Below, piece by piece: positions 11,262-25,816 of a stretch of 64,000 nt of DNA. The position numbers and the translations under genes are program-made. The first letter of the stretch is position 1. Each line of letters starts with the position of its first letter. The stretch comes from Octopus sinensis. Its lineage: Eukaryota. The notes below the pieces were generated by a model. It saw nothing but the letters and a program-made list of their open reading frames with translations, was not told the origin of the DNA and did no database searches. The stretch covers positions 205,406,001 through 205,470,000 of the forward strand of contig NC_042998.1 in NCBI RefSeq assembly GCF_006345805.1, given 5' to 3'.

Positions 11262-12864
11262 CTGCTATTGGCTCAGGGCCTCAAATTTTGGAGGAGGGGT
11301 GGTCTGGACTATTACATCGATCAACTGTGCCCAACTTCATCGACCCCGAAAAGATGAACGACAAAGTCCATGAATATTTTGTGTCGTCTCAAGATAAGGA
11401 ATAATTCTTTATAATCTTTGATGTAAATTAATATAGCCTCTCCCTCTCCCGCTCCCCCTCTCTCTCTATGTATAATATATATATATGTATATATATATAT
11501 TTCAATTTCATTTCAAACCACTTTCGTCGCTAATGTTCTCGGAGGAAAACCTACCATTGAAAGTATTCTCTGAAATTGGGATCCATTGTGTTGGGTCAGA
11601 GGAATTGCCAATTTAATCTTATAGTTCGAGTGCCAGTGGTGTACGGTTCAACCCGCAGCCAGACGATAATGTAATTTGATTTTGATTCTTACCGAGTGGA
11701 ATAGACAGTAGAACAGTGCACATCCTTATAAGGTCATAAGACTCCAGAAATCTGGAGGCCCGAAGACTTCCCAAACTGAATATGATCAGAACTGCCTATG
11801 GCAACTTGAACTGTAACTTTTTTGGTATTAACATAATTCTCCAAAGCAGTTCCATTGCTGAAAGAATGGCAGGAAAAAGGACTTAGATTGCTTACGTCGA
11901 CGTTGTGATCGTCATTGTTCTTTAACTCCAGGTCAACCCTTATTTAGAAGGTATATTATCAAAGATATTTCAACCGTAACCATCACGTCTGTTTTAGAGG
12001 ATATATTTGGCACTCCATTCTTTTATATTTAAGAAGACAGGCTGTGATTTGAGGAAGATTTCGTTCGTATTTCAAACAGATCGAAAAGCAATGCACAGCA
12101 CCCTCGTTGTGTTTTCTATGTTGATACTTGGCCATTTTGGGTTCAAATCCAACAAATGCCAGTTTTACTTTATATTCTTCTGGGTCTTGATAAAGTAAAT
12201 GTCAGTGTAGTGTGGGATTACTGATTCAGTAGCTGTAACCCCTTTCCTTCAACGAGGGACAAGGACCCTCCTACACCTTTATATCAAAATCCCGGTTTAC
12301 AAAAACATACTCTGTTGTTCAAAGAAGAAAGTAGGTTGTGTTCAATTGTTTCCGGTGGAGGTTCGTAGAATCGAAACTGGACCCTAGAAACTGTTTCCTG
12401 AGGATTTATTACCATCTATCTTACAGCAACAAACTCAAATACTCATTGGCTGTGTGATTGTAAGCCACAATACCCAATCAATCAATCGACCAGTCAATCA
12501 ACCGATCAATCACCCAACCAAAGAACCGATTAGTTTCTTGCTGTGGAGAACATTACAGAGCAACAACTGCAGACTATCGAAATGTATCTTTGTTACAGTC
12601 TTCCCGCGCTCTTTATTGAGTAAACACAGCTCAGTAGACTGGGTCGCCATTAAGGGACTTGTCTTTGCCAATGACACAGCGTATGGCTTTCGAAGTCACT
12701 GTCATGATTTGTGGTGTTCTATCTTCTGAGTTCAAAATCCGCCAAGGTCAACTTTGCCTTTCATCCTTTCGGGGTCGATAAATTAAGTACCAGTTGAGTA
12801 CTGGGGTCAATGTAATCGGCCAGCCCCTCTCTGTAATTACTGGCCTTGTAGCAAAATTTGAAAC

Positions 12865-12919
<55 letters not shown>

Positions 12920-13172
12920 TTCTTCTTTCAATTTCGTTTCCATTCTTGCCTAGTGTCTTCCCGACACCTACGGCAAAGAAACTCACTTTGTACATTGGTA
13001 GGCCATTAGAATAAACACCAGATTCTTCATTTACAAAGTCAAGTTATGTGATAAGGGAAAAAGAAAGAAAGAAAATTGAGAATAGAAAAAGAAAACGAAG
13101 AAAAAAAGGAGAAGAAAGGAAAGAACATTCCCAGCGACGTCGCTCTTCTCAATGCGTCTGACGCAGCGCTTA

Positions 13173-13384
13173 AGGCTGCGAGATGGCAGAATGGTTAAGC
13201 ACGCCGGGCGAAATGCTTAGCGGTATTTCGCCCGTTGCTACCTTCTGAGTTCAAATTCCGCCGAGGTCGACTTTGTCTTTCATCTATTTGGGGTCGATAA
13301 ATTAAGTACCAGTTGTGTACTGAGGTCGATATGGTCGTCTATCCCCCTCCTCCAAATTTCCGGCCTTGTACCTTAGGTAGAAAG
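13173..13384 (+). mobile_element. tRNA-headed SINE (second family)
   Basis: A-box TGGCAGAATGG and B-box GTTCAAATTCC; other copies at about 12725-12860, 32597-32755, 50521-50732, 56241-56472. Confidence 0.85.
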
Positions 13385-13810
13385 TGTTACTATGTCAACC
13401 TTCGATGTAGAAAAACAACAGTTGTTGCATTCATAACAATGACAACAACAACAACAACAACAATATTTACAACGAAGACAAAAAAAAAAAACAATTACAA
13501 CAAAACAGATTTTGATATCGTTTTTATAAAACATTGTTCAATATTTTTAATTTGTTAGTATGTATGTATATCTATCTATATATATATATATTTATACACA
13601 CACACACACACATATATACATATGCACACGCGACACACACACGTATGTAGATGTGTGTGTTTGTATGTATATATGTGTGTGTGTATACATATGCACACAT
13701 ACACACAGATATGTCATGTATGTATAGCAACATGGGCCAGTATATACACAATTATGTACACCTATCAGTCTTACTGTTCATCAATAAATAAATATGTGTA
13801 ATGTTTTGGA

Positions 13811-13825
13811 TTTATTTTTTTTATT
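13811..13825 (-). promoter_or_regulatory. Candidate polyadenylation signals of Prdm13
   Basis: Two AATAAA hexamers on the minus strand 33-47 nt downstream of the stop codon; usage unknown. Confidence 0.3.
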
Positions 13826-13857
13826 TCTGTTTTTTTTTTTGTTTGTTTTTGTTTCAC

Positions 13858-15086
13858 TTACGGAGTTGTCTCCTCTTCTGTTGAGCTGCCCTCTGGCTCT
13901 ACTTTCAGTCCTGAGAGAGAGTCCGTTGCCTCATCCGTATCTTGGCTGTCTGATCTTTCGACCTCGTTCGGATGGCGAGACTTGATGTGTCTTTCCAAAT
14001 CTCGCCGTCTCACCAGCACTTTCCCACAGAACTCACAGCGATACGGTGTGTCTCCCTCGGCGTGTAACCGAATGTGTTTGTTTAAGTTGCTAGGATCACC
14101 GAACGGACGTAGACACACTTTGCACTTCAACGGTTTATAACCGGTGTGCGTGCGCAGGTGTATCTTGAGGCCGTACTTTCTAGAGTAGAGTTTGCCACAA
14201 TAAATACAGAGATGACCTTTACGTGATTTGCTTGTATAGAGTGAGCGAGGCAAGAGGTCGAGCGGTTCTCCGGCCTTCTCGGACGGCAACGGAAACTTAA
14301 GGGGTAGTTCTCTCATGCGCAGATTTTCATCGACATTATTATGTGACGCACCCGAGACAACGGTCGAACCTGGAAGATTGCGTACTTGAACCAGCGGAAA
14401 CGGTACTGGACATGGATGCTGGAAATATAGATTCTCATGAGAGTTTCTGGGTGTCGTTCCAGCATTGTTTGAAGGTAGATTTGCACAACAATATCGTGTA
14501 GGGTCGTGGAATTTTGTATAAAAAGGGCAATAACACTGGAAAGCCGAATGCTCAAAAGCAAAGGGTATAGCGGGTGGGTGTATATGGTTAAATATCTGTA
14601 TAGGTTGAGTTGTCGACTGGGGTAGTCTGTCACTTGTGGAAGAATTTGATAAATTTCTTTCAGGGAAAGAAGCCTTTGTGGACAAATTTAGAGCAATTTC
14701 AGAAGCCAGATTTGATTGGGATTGAGACGATGAAGTGCAAGCTGTCGCAGAACCCATTCCAGGCGGTAGGAAACCGGAAAAGGGAGAAGGTCTTTCATCA
14801 TGTCGAATATCTTCTCCACTTGTTGAGGTTGGGCTATTTACACGACGGAAAGCAGTTCGAGTTGATGTCTTTAAGAGTCCATTTTCCGAGGCGGTTTCGG
14901 ACGAGGTTGTAGCACTGACTCTGTTCGGTGACGATTGAAAGACAGAAAACGGAAGCGATGGAATTTTGCCAAGACTGCTGAGAATCTGAGCTCGACTTTG
15001 AGGGCAACGGAAGCGCATATGTGCCTTTAATGTATTGGGATAAAGATAAGATTTCTGGCACTTCGTACATGTGTAGCGTTGTTTAC
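13858..15086 (-). CDS. PRDM13: PR domain zinc finger protein 13, last coding exon (ZF1, linker, ZF2-4)
   Basis: HLCIYCGKLYSRKYGLKIHLRTHTGYKPLKCKVCLRPFGDPSNLNKHIRLHAEGDTPYRCEFCGKVLVRRRDLERHIKSRHP is near-identical to the vertebrate PRDM13 fingers as recalled; acceptor ttttctttcttttgaag at 15087, phase 1; TAA at 13860-13858. Confidence 0.95.
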
Positions 15087-16367
15087 CTTCAAAAGAAAGA
15101 AAACAGAACAAATCGATTACTTACGATGAAAACATTTCAGGGAAGAACATAAATATACAAAATATTAAAATAAATCGAATGCGAAATATATTTTGTTTAA
15201 ATGAAATTCTTTAGGAAACAATGACGAACCTACTTTTATATTAGAGATTATAAGTTAATGGGTGGCTGGGTGGCTGGGTGGCTGGGTGGCTGGATGTTGG
15301 TATGACGATGCAAACAGGAGAAATAGAACTTTAAATATGAGCATATTTTTATAAGTGTTTAGCAGAAGGAACAGTGACTCAAGGGCGCGCACACACACAC
15401 ACACGCGCGCAGACACACATGTATGTATACGTTTTCTCTCTCTCTCTCTCTCATATGTATGTGTGTATGTATGTATGTATGTATGTGTGTATGTATGTAC
15501 GTATGTATGTATGTATGTATGTATGTGTGTATGTATGTATGCACTCACACATACACATTCCTAAATTTTCAAGTCTCTGATTTCTCCAAGATCTTTCGCA
15601 CCAGGCACTCGAATAGACACTCTGTAGTCCGCCAAATTAACCTCAGTATATTACTGGTACCTATTTTAGCGATCTCGAAGGGATGAAGATGTAAGAGAAT
15701 GAAGCAAAACAGTTTCCGTTCAGAATCGAAATCGGAATCCATGAATAAGCTCTGACGCTGCGAAGGATTACCGGCTGGGATTGTAGTAACAATAACAACA
15801 ACAGCAGCCATATTGCACTCACATATAGTGCACACAACAACAACAATACAGTAAAGGGCATACCTCCACAATGTGCCAGATGGAAGGACTAAGTCTCTAT
15901 AAAAGGAACTATTGGAGTAACATGGAAGTAGTAGAGTATTGGCAAACAGCAAAGTGCTAGAAGTGGTCAGGTGATGTAGTCATACCGTGGTGTATTCATG
16001 TCCTGACGGTGTAAGTTCTAATCCCACCTTTGAACTATAATTAGTAAGTATCGGTAATTGTTACGTATTTAAGTTCATTAAATTAACCACGTGACTTCAC
16101 TAGAAATATATAAACTTGTGTCAAAGTTTGAACCAATATTTGGGATGTCAGAAGCCGAGGGAAAGTGGTCATCTTAGGGACTATAGGGCTGCAGAAAAGG
16201 ATCCACCCGTAATCATGATTTTAGTGCAGCAGATAAATATTTCTATTTATCTTCTAAAGACAAAGCTCAAATAGTTGCCACATAGTCGCCATTCGCGGGC
16301 CAAATGGTGTCACGAAAGCAATTTCCTTTGCGAGATACATTTTCTAAAGATGAACCATTTAACTCAC

Positions 16368-16617
16368 CTTTGATGTTATCCGGTGTTAATATTGGTATCC
16401 CTGTGCTCCGTGCTAATTGGTCGCTGTACCAGACGAACAGTTGCTCTCCTTTCTGTACTGACCGTAGTGTCCGAACGGTCACTCGTTTACAGCCACTGGT
16501 CTCATTATCACAGAAGACCTCAACATTCTGTTCGTGTCTGTCTCTGGCTGGTTGGACATGACGCAACCAGTTGCTGCTTCCGTCGGAAGTTATCAACTTG
16601 CCGTTGACGTATTTCAC
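16368..16617 (-). CDS. PRDM13: Prdm13 coding exon 2 (PR/SET domain core)
   Basis: VKYVNGKL...SNWLRHVQPARDRHEQNVE...RTLRSVQKGEQLFVWYSD; acceptor ctctttgactcgcag (phase 0) and donor AAAG|gtgagt (phase 1) match the neighbouring exons. Confidence 0.95.
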
Positions 16618-18395
16618 CTGCGAGTCAAAGAGAATGAAAACTGGAATTTAGAATAGATTTTACAATTGATAAATTGTTGTTTGTTTGAATAAGCAAACAA
16701 CAAATTGGAAATATAAACAGAAGCGAAGTTCAAAGAGAGAATGGTATTTGGAGAAGTGCCTTCTGTCAGAAGACAAGTGAGGCGATTTCTGGTTTATGAT
16801 GTTCTTAACGATGGAGGAATTTATCCAAAATTCTCGAAGAATACCCAATAATGTTTATCAATACAGACTACCAATGGTTTTCTCGTTTTTCTAACCATCG
16901 ATGATGAGGGGAAACGAATAAAATCCACAAAATTAATAAAGAATTTTATATTCTATTCATTAAAATTTCCAATTTAGGCGTAGTGTGGCGGGTTGGGGGT
17001 GCTACTCAATTATGTCACCCCAAGTATTTGGCGGGTACTTTATTCATCGACCTAAGAAAGACAAAAGCCAAAGTTGGCATTAACAGGATTTGAACTCAGA
17101 GTTAAAAATTTTTTAAAAAGCTGCGAATAATTTGTGTCCGACATTTTAACGATTAAGCCGAATTCATCAAGATTCTGGTTTCAAACAACAGTCTCTTCTA
17201 AAATAGACACAAGGGCCTGAAATTTTGTGGAGCAGAGTGACTCGGTCATATCGATGCATGAGTTGCATTTTATTTTATCGACCTCGGAGGGATGAAAGGG
17301 AGAATTGACACCATTACTATTTGAACTCACAAAGTAAAGATCCGTAAGTAAACACTGCAAGGCACTTCAACGATTATGCCCTCCCTACTTTTCAATTAAA
17401 AAAATGATAAACATCATTTATTTTACAGTATGATAAGTCATCCATACGACGAGGTATAATCCTAACATCCTGTCCTCCCCCGGTTTAGATAAAGATATTT
17501 CATCCATGTGTAAATAAACCAGCGATGTGTCAGAAGATCTGATATGCTGCTTAATAAAGTATGAGACTAGTAAAAGAGCAAAGAATTTAGTTCAACAACA
17601 TCACGTGATCTGCCTTTACCTGAAAGACAGCGGTTTGAATTCTTCTCGAGAGTGGTTCGAGTATACGGCACCGATGAGCTAAAATAATGGAGAAATATTG
17701 ATAACTGTCGTTGTGGTTCATCTCCGGGGACGATTCGTTTCGCCTGGTTTTGAGATTTATTGTGGGTTTTTTAACACTCTATACCACAGTCTAAAAGCGT
17801 TTAAACGTAAGACATACATTAAGTATGGCGACATCGATAATGTTTACAGTATTAGAGCTGTTTCTAACGGAAAATTAAATTTTGTCTCACTTTAATATTT
17901 GTTGCAATTGTTTTTGTACCCATTCCGTTTTATGACCACATTGCACGGAAGATGGCGCAGTATTTGTGGTTGAATATGCCGGAGTGGCATTTCATAAAAC
18001 TAGCAATGAATCGTGGATTGTATCAAATGCTGCATTAGAAAGACATCCAATTTCTAACATACATACATACATCATTACATACAACATACATACATACATA
18101 CAGACAGACAGAATACATACATACATACACACATACATAATACAAACATACATACATACATACATACATACATACATACATACATACATACATACATACT
18201 ACACCACCACATACACACATACATACATACATACATACGTACTAGCTAGGGCGACATGATCAGGCAGTGAAAGTGTGCGAAAAGTGGGAGCTTAGAGAGA
18301 AGCAAGACGTGGTATGAGCACAAACCGCAGAGAATGCGGTGCTCCAGCATGGCCGCAGTCAAATGACTGAAACAAGTAGAAGAGAGTAAAGAGTA

Positions 18396-18432
<37 letters not shown>

Positions 18433-18568
18433 TATATATATATATATATATAATACATATAAATAGATGAGTGTATTTTTACCTTGTTAACAATTATAGA
18501 TAGATAAGATAGCTAGATAGATAGACGACTACATACATATATATATACATATATATTCATATATAATT

Positions 18569-18607
<39 letters not shown>

Positions 18608-18802
18608 ATATATATAGATAATATATATATATATATATAATATATGTATATATATATATATATATTCATAGGTGTGTGTGTGTGTGTGTGTGTGTGGATG
18701 TATGTATGTGTATTGCACATGCATTTAATCTGAAAACGTCCGTTACTATTCAACGTGTGCCCCTCGTTCCATAACCAATGACCTGAGTTTTTTGACAAAT
18801 GC

Positions 18803-18888
<86 letters not shown>

Positions 18889-20245
18889 GGTAACTAGATA
18901 GAGACAGATACAAAAAAGAGGAACACACAGCGAGAGAGAAGAGAGAGACGATAGACTGGCAACTGAAAGTAATACACGAGATGCATTTTGAGTGCAGAAT
19001 TAGGAGCCCGGAAATGTATTTGGATAAACCTACCAGCATGGAGGAAGAGGAGGAGGAGGAGGAAGAAGAAGAAAGAGAAGAAGAAGAAGGAGGAGGAGGA
19101 GGAGGAGGAGGAGGAGAAGAAGAAGGAGAAGAAGAACGGGGAAGAAGAAGAAGGAGGAGGAGGAGGAGAAGAAGAACGGGGAAGAAGAAGAAGAAGAAGA
19201 AGGAAGAGAAGGAGAAGAAGATCAATGACTGATCTAAACGGTACAAGAAGCTGGTAGATGACGAGGACAACAAGAAGGAAACTGTTTGTTTCAGTGACGG
19301 CGATGGTGGTGGTGGTGGTGGTGATGATGACGATGACGTTGATGATGATGGTGGTGGTGGTGTGTGGCTGTTAATGTCTTTAATTACATTCTGGAGAGTT
19401 TTTGGTAATTCTATAGAAGCATGGAAATACACACACACACACACACACACACACACCATTTGTGTGTGTGTGTGTGTACGGTACCTAATTTCACTTCATG
19501 TGCAATCTTGACGCTATATGAGAAAGGCATGAATGCCACACACTCACATTTCCCCTCTTTAAAATTGTTACTTAACTCGAACCCAACCTTAATTGAACCG
19601 ACTAATAATAAGGCGTTCCCTCCGTGATCATTCCACCTTGTTATTGCTATGCAGGATAGCATGAGTCAATATGGTTTTGTAATGTTTTTCAAGAATTGAG
19701 GGAGGCATGGCTACTATTTTTACCAGGTTGTGCGGGTCCTCTCTAAGAATTCAACCTTTCATCACTGGTGACTGTTCCGGCAGACATGTTAACGGTGGCG
19801 CCGTCTTCCGGCCATGTTACGGAAACATGGCGGCTGCGTCGGCGGCGGCGGAAGTCGGGGTGCCGCATGCATGGCACGAGTCACCGGGAAGGGGAGTCTA
19901 TGGCTTTTACTTCACCTCTCCATTGTGTGCCGCACACACACGCACGCGCATACATACGTAAACGCATAGACGTATAAACAAACATGGACACACATCTGGA
20001 AATGTGTGTGTGTGTGTGTGTGTGTGGTGTAAACTCGCACACACATCCACACACAACCACATACACATACAAAAAGATATATATACACACACACAAATAT
20101 GATTGAAAAAGAAGTGCAAGAGTTGAAAAATTGAAGATTGAAGAGAGGTGGGGGGAGAGGAAGGGTGAGAGAAGCGGTTACACCGAAGGAGAAGTTTGCG
20201 GAGAGTAGCTTCGAAAATGCTGTGCGTGTGTGTGTGTTGCCACTT

Positions 20246-20338
<93 letters not shown>

Positions 20339-20542
20339 GCATGTATGTATGTATGTATATATGTATGTATATGTATGTATTTTCACCATTGAACTCTACA
20401 CATTTATTTCTCTCTCCCCCCCCCCCTTGTCGAAAAGGGTAGACTCGAAACTTAAAGGACTTTTCCACTCTTCCTGAGTGATAAACTACTATACCCACAC
20501 CTTTTCGTCTTTTGTTTTCTGTAAATTTGAACTATATATATA

Positions 20543-21046
20543 TCTATATATATAAAACTCTAGTTGTGTGAGTGTCTGTCCCCTTCGATTTAGATTCCTA
20601 ACTCCTCCCACATTTTGCGGTGCAGTTTAACCAAATTCGGGTATCTTATAGTCGTGATTCATATCGAGCCCGTCTGACTATTAGCGCGCGTCAACGATGA
20701 GTCTACGATTTTAAAAATAATTTAACATCATTTTTTATTCCATTTTAATGCATAAAATGCATCGTGTGTCGATGGCGGCGGAGTTGGTGTCACGCTCACA
20801 GCTGCACCTGTTTGCTTCTCCCCCTTCCCTCCCTCGTGAAGCTGTGGGGAAGGGAGTGTAAAGAAATCAACGTCGTAATGCGTTGTGAAGGAAACCAGCG
20901 TTCTTTTAGAACAACGACTTCATGGCTTGAAGACACCAAAACAAAAATGGCTAAGAAAGCCCGAATTTATAAGGGAAGTAACTCTCTAAAAATGCTTATA
21001 TAGTTATTTCCCTTACAAACCCGAGCAACGCCGGGCGATATGCTAG
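20543..21046 (+). mobile_element. Non-autonomous Helitron in Prdm13 intron
   Basis: 5' TCTATATATATAAAA; the 3' about 70 bp are shared with the 8153-8521 copy and end CCCGAGCAACGCCGGGCGATATGCTAG. Confidence 0.85.
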
Positions 21047-21069
21047 TATATATATATATATATAAAACA

Positions 21070-21560
21070 TACGAAGTGCATTCCAGAAGGTTAGAGGTAC
21101 TTTCAAGAAAGGCACTTATAAATGTCCTCGATTATCGTAATTTTAGTACTATACGTCTAATAAGCTGACCTGCCACCAACTTTTGTTATTCCAGATCGGA
21201 GGAAACGGTTGTAACAAGACTTTGAACGAACCTTGCTAAATACTGCTTGTCACTGCTGACTCGTTTGCAGGATGCAGTCGGGATGTGAAGACAATTTGCA
21301 AGTTTTATCATGTACTGACCTAAAACAGTACAGAAATAATTTATGAAATGCTCCAGTCTTCTTCTGGGTGACATTGTATGAGTCAAACTGGTACAAGACA
21401 ATAGATTAAGGCAGTCACCGAGAAGCTCATGATGATCCTCTTTTTCGACAACAAGGACATCGTCTACATCCACCAGCTTCCCTCTGCTCAGACGATCAAC
21501 ACTACTGACTCGGTTAATCTTCCAACTATTCCCCTGCGCCACTTGTGTGTCCGTAGCTTG
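21070..21560 (+). mobile_element. Mariner transposase-derived fragment
   Basis: EKLMMILFFDNKDIVYIHQLPSAQTIN resembles the mariner K.MLIVFFD..GIV...LP.GQTVN motif. Confidence 0.7.
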
Positions 21561-21608
21561 CTCTGGGTACATCGAATGGAATTTATGCCCACACACACGC
21601 GCACACAA

Positions 21609-21683
<75 letters not shown>

Positions 21684-21911
21684 ATGTACTCATTCACGTT
21701 GAAAATCCAATCAGATAAAATTCCTATGACAACCACCATCACTTCTTTTCTCTTCACCTGCATATTGAGAAGAAATCAATACATATTTGACATTTCCTCA
21801 CCTGATTTCTGGCCAGTCTTTAACTTGCACACTCGCACACATACACGCAAACATATATATGTTTGTATGTATGTATGTATGTATGTATGTATGTATGTAT
21901 GTATGTATGTA

Positions 21912-22947
21912 CTGGGGCCGATTTGCTGTCAATTCCAAAGTTTTCCAGTCTCTTATTCGTGACCTCCTTTATGCAGATGACTGTGACTTCGTCACTCATA
22001 CAGTGGATGACATGCAAATGCTTATGAATCGTATTTCTGCTTCTTGCAAGGCATTTGGACTCAGCATTAACCTGGACAAGACTGTTGTAATGTTCCAGCC
22101 TACACCAGGAAATCCATATGTGGAACCAGCTATCTTGGTTGAAGAAACAATACTGAAAGTAGTAGACAGGTTTCTCTACCTTGGCAGCACACTCAGCTGT
22201 TTTTGCTCCCTGGATGAAGAAATATCTTTCGGTCTCTTCAGTCTCGTGGCATCACAAGACAAACAAAAATTGCTGTGTACCGTGCATGTGTACTGACATC
22301 GCTCCTTTATTCATGTGACACCTGGACCCTTTACAAACGTCATGTAAGGGTCCTTGAACACTTTCATCAGAGATGTCTCAGACACATTCTGAATGTTGGC
22401 TGAACCTTCAAAACTCCAGACACACAGGTCCTGAGGAAAACTGATATCTTGAGCATTGAGGCGATGGTGCACAAGCACTGGTTACGGTGGACTGGACACC
22501 TTATTAGACTGAAGGATAGCAGGATTCCTAAGCAGATGCTCTGTGGGGAACTTGTTAGTGGGAAGAGACCCCGGCAGAAACCAAGGCTGCGATATAAGGA
22601 CTGTGACAAGTCCTCATTAAAGGCCTGTGATATGCAGGACACTGACTGGGAGAGCAATACCTATCATCGCCACAGATGGAAAAAGCAGGTTAAGGAGGTG
22701 TTTGACACCTTTGAGAGAGCACGTATTCTGCATGAAGAACTTAACGTGCTGCTCGAAAGCGCACGGCTGGTGTAGTGAATGGGGAAAGCCTGGTTTACAA
22801 TGTTTGCAGTCGTGTCTGCTTGTCAAGAGCAGGGCTCATCAGCCACCAACGGAGCCGCAAATGCAAAATAAAAGTTAGTCCTAGAGTGCACAATGATCAC
22901 AAAGGTCAGCAATGGTCTTCCTCGGTCACGAGTGGACGGCCATCATG
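21912..22947 (+). mobile_element. RTE-BovB-type LINE 3' fragment
   Basis: IRDLLYADDCDFVTHT...FGLSINLDKT; LRWTGHLIRLKDSRIPKQMLCGELVSGKRPRQKPRLRYKD; frameshifted. Confidence 0.9.
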
Positions 22948-23312
22948 TGTGCGTGTGTGTGAATGTGTGTGTGTGTGTGCTGTGTGTGTGAATGTGTGTG
23001 TGTGTGTGTGTGTGTGTGAATGTATGCACGTTTATGTATGCACGTATGTACGTATGCATGTATATACATGTATGAATGTATGTGTGTGTGTGTATATATA
23101 TACGACATGCAAAGGCACATGAAGCCCAGTTACAACTACAGCGGGCTTTTACCGGTAAAGGTTTTAGTTGCCAATTCTGTACAAGACATTGTAGATCTTT
23201 AGCTGAGCTAAAAAAGTCACATTCGATCACAGCACCAGTAACAGTTAAGCTTCGTGCAATGGCCATTACTCGATAACGAAGGGGCAGCCTATATATAATA
23301 TATATATATATC

Positions 23313-23346
<34 letters not shown>

Positions 23347-23471
23347 ATATATTGTATATATATATATATCATATAATATATATATATTGTTATATTCGGA
23401 ATGGTCATATTGCCAGTTAGCCAATAAACACGACTTCACATAAAAAATCTTGCACAACAAATATTTAAACG

Positions 23472-23533
<62 letters not shown>

Positions 23534-23549
23534 ATATATATATTATATA

Positions 23550-23625
<76 letters not shown>

Positions 23626-24429
23626 TAGATAGATATGATAGATGTGCTTTACCCATGTGTTGTACCCAGGAAACTGAGATGATGTAAAATTGTCTTAGAA
23701 GAGAGAAGGGCATTATCTGACAGCGCGAAACGGTTATCATATGTGTATGTATGAATGTATGTATGTATGTATGTATGTATGTATGTATGTATGTATGTAT
23801 GTATGTATAAAAGTAAGCATGTATGTATAACTATAAGTATACATGTATGTATATATGTACAAACACACACACACTTATATTTATTTATTTATGTATATAT
23901 ACATATATGCGAGTCTGTGTACATAAACATACACATGTATGTATGTATGTATGTATGTATGTATGTATGCATGTATGCATGTATGTATGTACGTACGTAT
24001 ATGCATAACGTGTGTATGTGTGTGTGTGTGTGTAGTATGTAGTCTTCTTCCATTTTTATTGTTAGTATCTTCCAAGAAGAAAGGGTCAGAATATCCAACA
24101 AAGGAAACCCCCTTCACTGGGATTTTGATGACAGTAGTGTTAGACGTTAAACTTTAGAAGAGGCTTGTACATTTCCACCGTTCCGTTTACAGATTGTGTC
24201 TGAGGAGTTTGCTTTACTAGTCCCTGTCTTTCCCTGAAAATCCTAGTTTTCCAGATTGTGGCTCCACAAACACATATATTTAGGGGCCAGGATTACTGGC
24301 GAGCACAGCGCGTCTCAACTGGGGTCTACGTGACCCTTAGGGGTCCATATAACATTTCGTTCATAAAATTTATTAGCAATTAATTAGGTCTACTTCTACG
24401 ATGCACGTATTTTAACAATTTTTTAGTTC

Positions 24430-24635
24430 GCAGGAGTGGCTGTCTGGTAAGAAACTTGCTTCCCAACCACATGGTTCCGGGTTCAGTCCCACTGCATGGC
24501 ACCTTAGGCAAGTGTCTCCTAATATATCTTCGGGCAGACCAAAGTCTTGTGAGTGGATTTGGTAGACGGAAACTGAAAAAAGCCCGTCTCATATATATAA
24601 TTATACCATATATATATATATATATATATAATATA

Positions 24636-24669
<34 letters not shown>

Positions 24670-24993
24670 ACAGATGTGTAACTACATATGAGACTGTCGT
24701 AAATATATACATATATATATGTATATATATATATATGTATGTATGTATGATGTATGTATGTATGTATGTATGATATGTATGTATGTATGTATGTATTTGT
24801 GTCTGTGTTTATCCTCCCACCATCACTTGACAACCAATGTTGGTGTGTTTACGTCCCCGTATCTTAACAGTTCGGCAAAAGAGACCGATAGAAGAAGTAC
24901 TAGACTTACAAAGAACAAGTCTTGGGGTCGACTTGTTCGACAAAAGGCGGTGCTCCAGCATGACCGCATTCAAATGAATGAAACAAGTAAAAG
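24430..24993 (+). mobile_element. Bipartite tRNA-derived SINE flanked by about 50-bp direct repeats
   Basis: Full head GCAGGAGTGGCTG...GGTTCCGGGTTCAGTCCC, (TA)n/(TATG)n centre, 3' module; flanks 24378-24426 and 24994-25045 are similar. Confidence 0.85.
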
Positions 24994-25602
24994 AATTAAT
25001 TAGTTCTACTTCTACGATGTACAAAATATTTTAACAATTTATCAGAACAATTCCTAATGATATTAATTCTAAGACTTTTGTAGGGTTTTAAAAATATGGA
25101 ATGGTTATGGTGTTGGGTGTTCAACTCCAAGACGGAATGGCCAGTTGTATCCTTGAGTAAAAGACTACTACGTTGCTCCAATTTAGTCATCTTAAAACGA
25201 GCATCAGCCCTTGCTGGAGCAGCTCTCAAATTCTGGATGTGTCGCTGGGTTTAAAGAACGGGAGAGTCGGACACGGGGGGCGGTGTCTTTTGTCTCTTCG
25301 TGATTATACAGGCACAGAAAACGGTTTGTGAAACTATCGTACGTTATACTGGGTTGTGGGTGGGGCTGGCTCTTAAATATGGATGTGTTGTATATAGGTA
25401 TGTATGAGTGTATGCAAACGTCTATGTATTTATGTATGTAAGCATATATGTGGGTATGGGCGTATATATTATATATATATATAATATATATATATTATAT
25501 ATCTATATATATATATATCATATATATACATACATAAATACATATAATGTATGTGTATACATGTATCTATGTAGTGTGTGTGTGTATATATAATATATAT
25601 GT

Positions 25603-25648
<46 letters not shown>

Positions 25649-25725
25649 ATATATATATATTATATATATACAACCTACATACATAAATAATACATACATA
25701 CATACATTATACATATATATATATA

Positions 25726-25816
<91 letters not shown>

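Noticed and set aside
13173-13270. tRNA genes at A-box/B-box motifs
   Set aside because: They are SINE heads: multi-copy, continue into SINE bodies, and no cloverleaf could be folded
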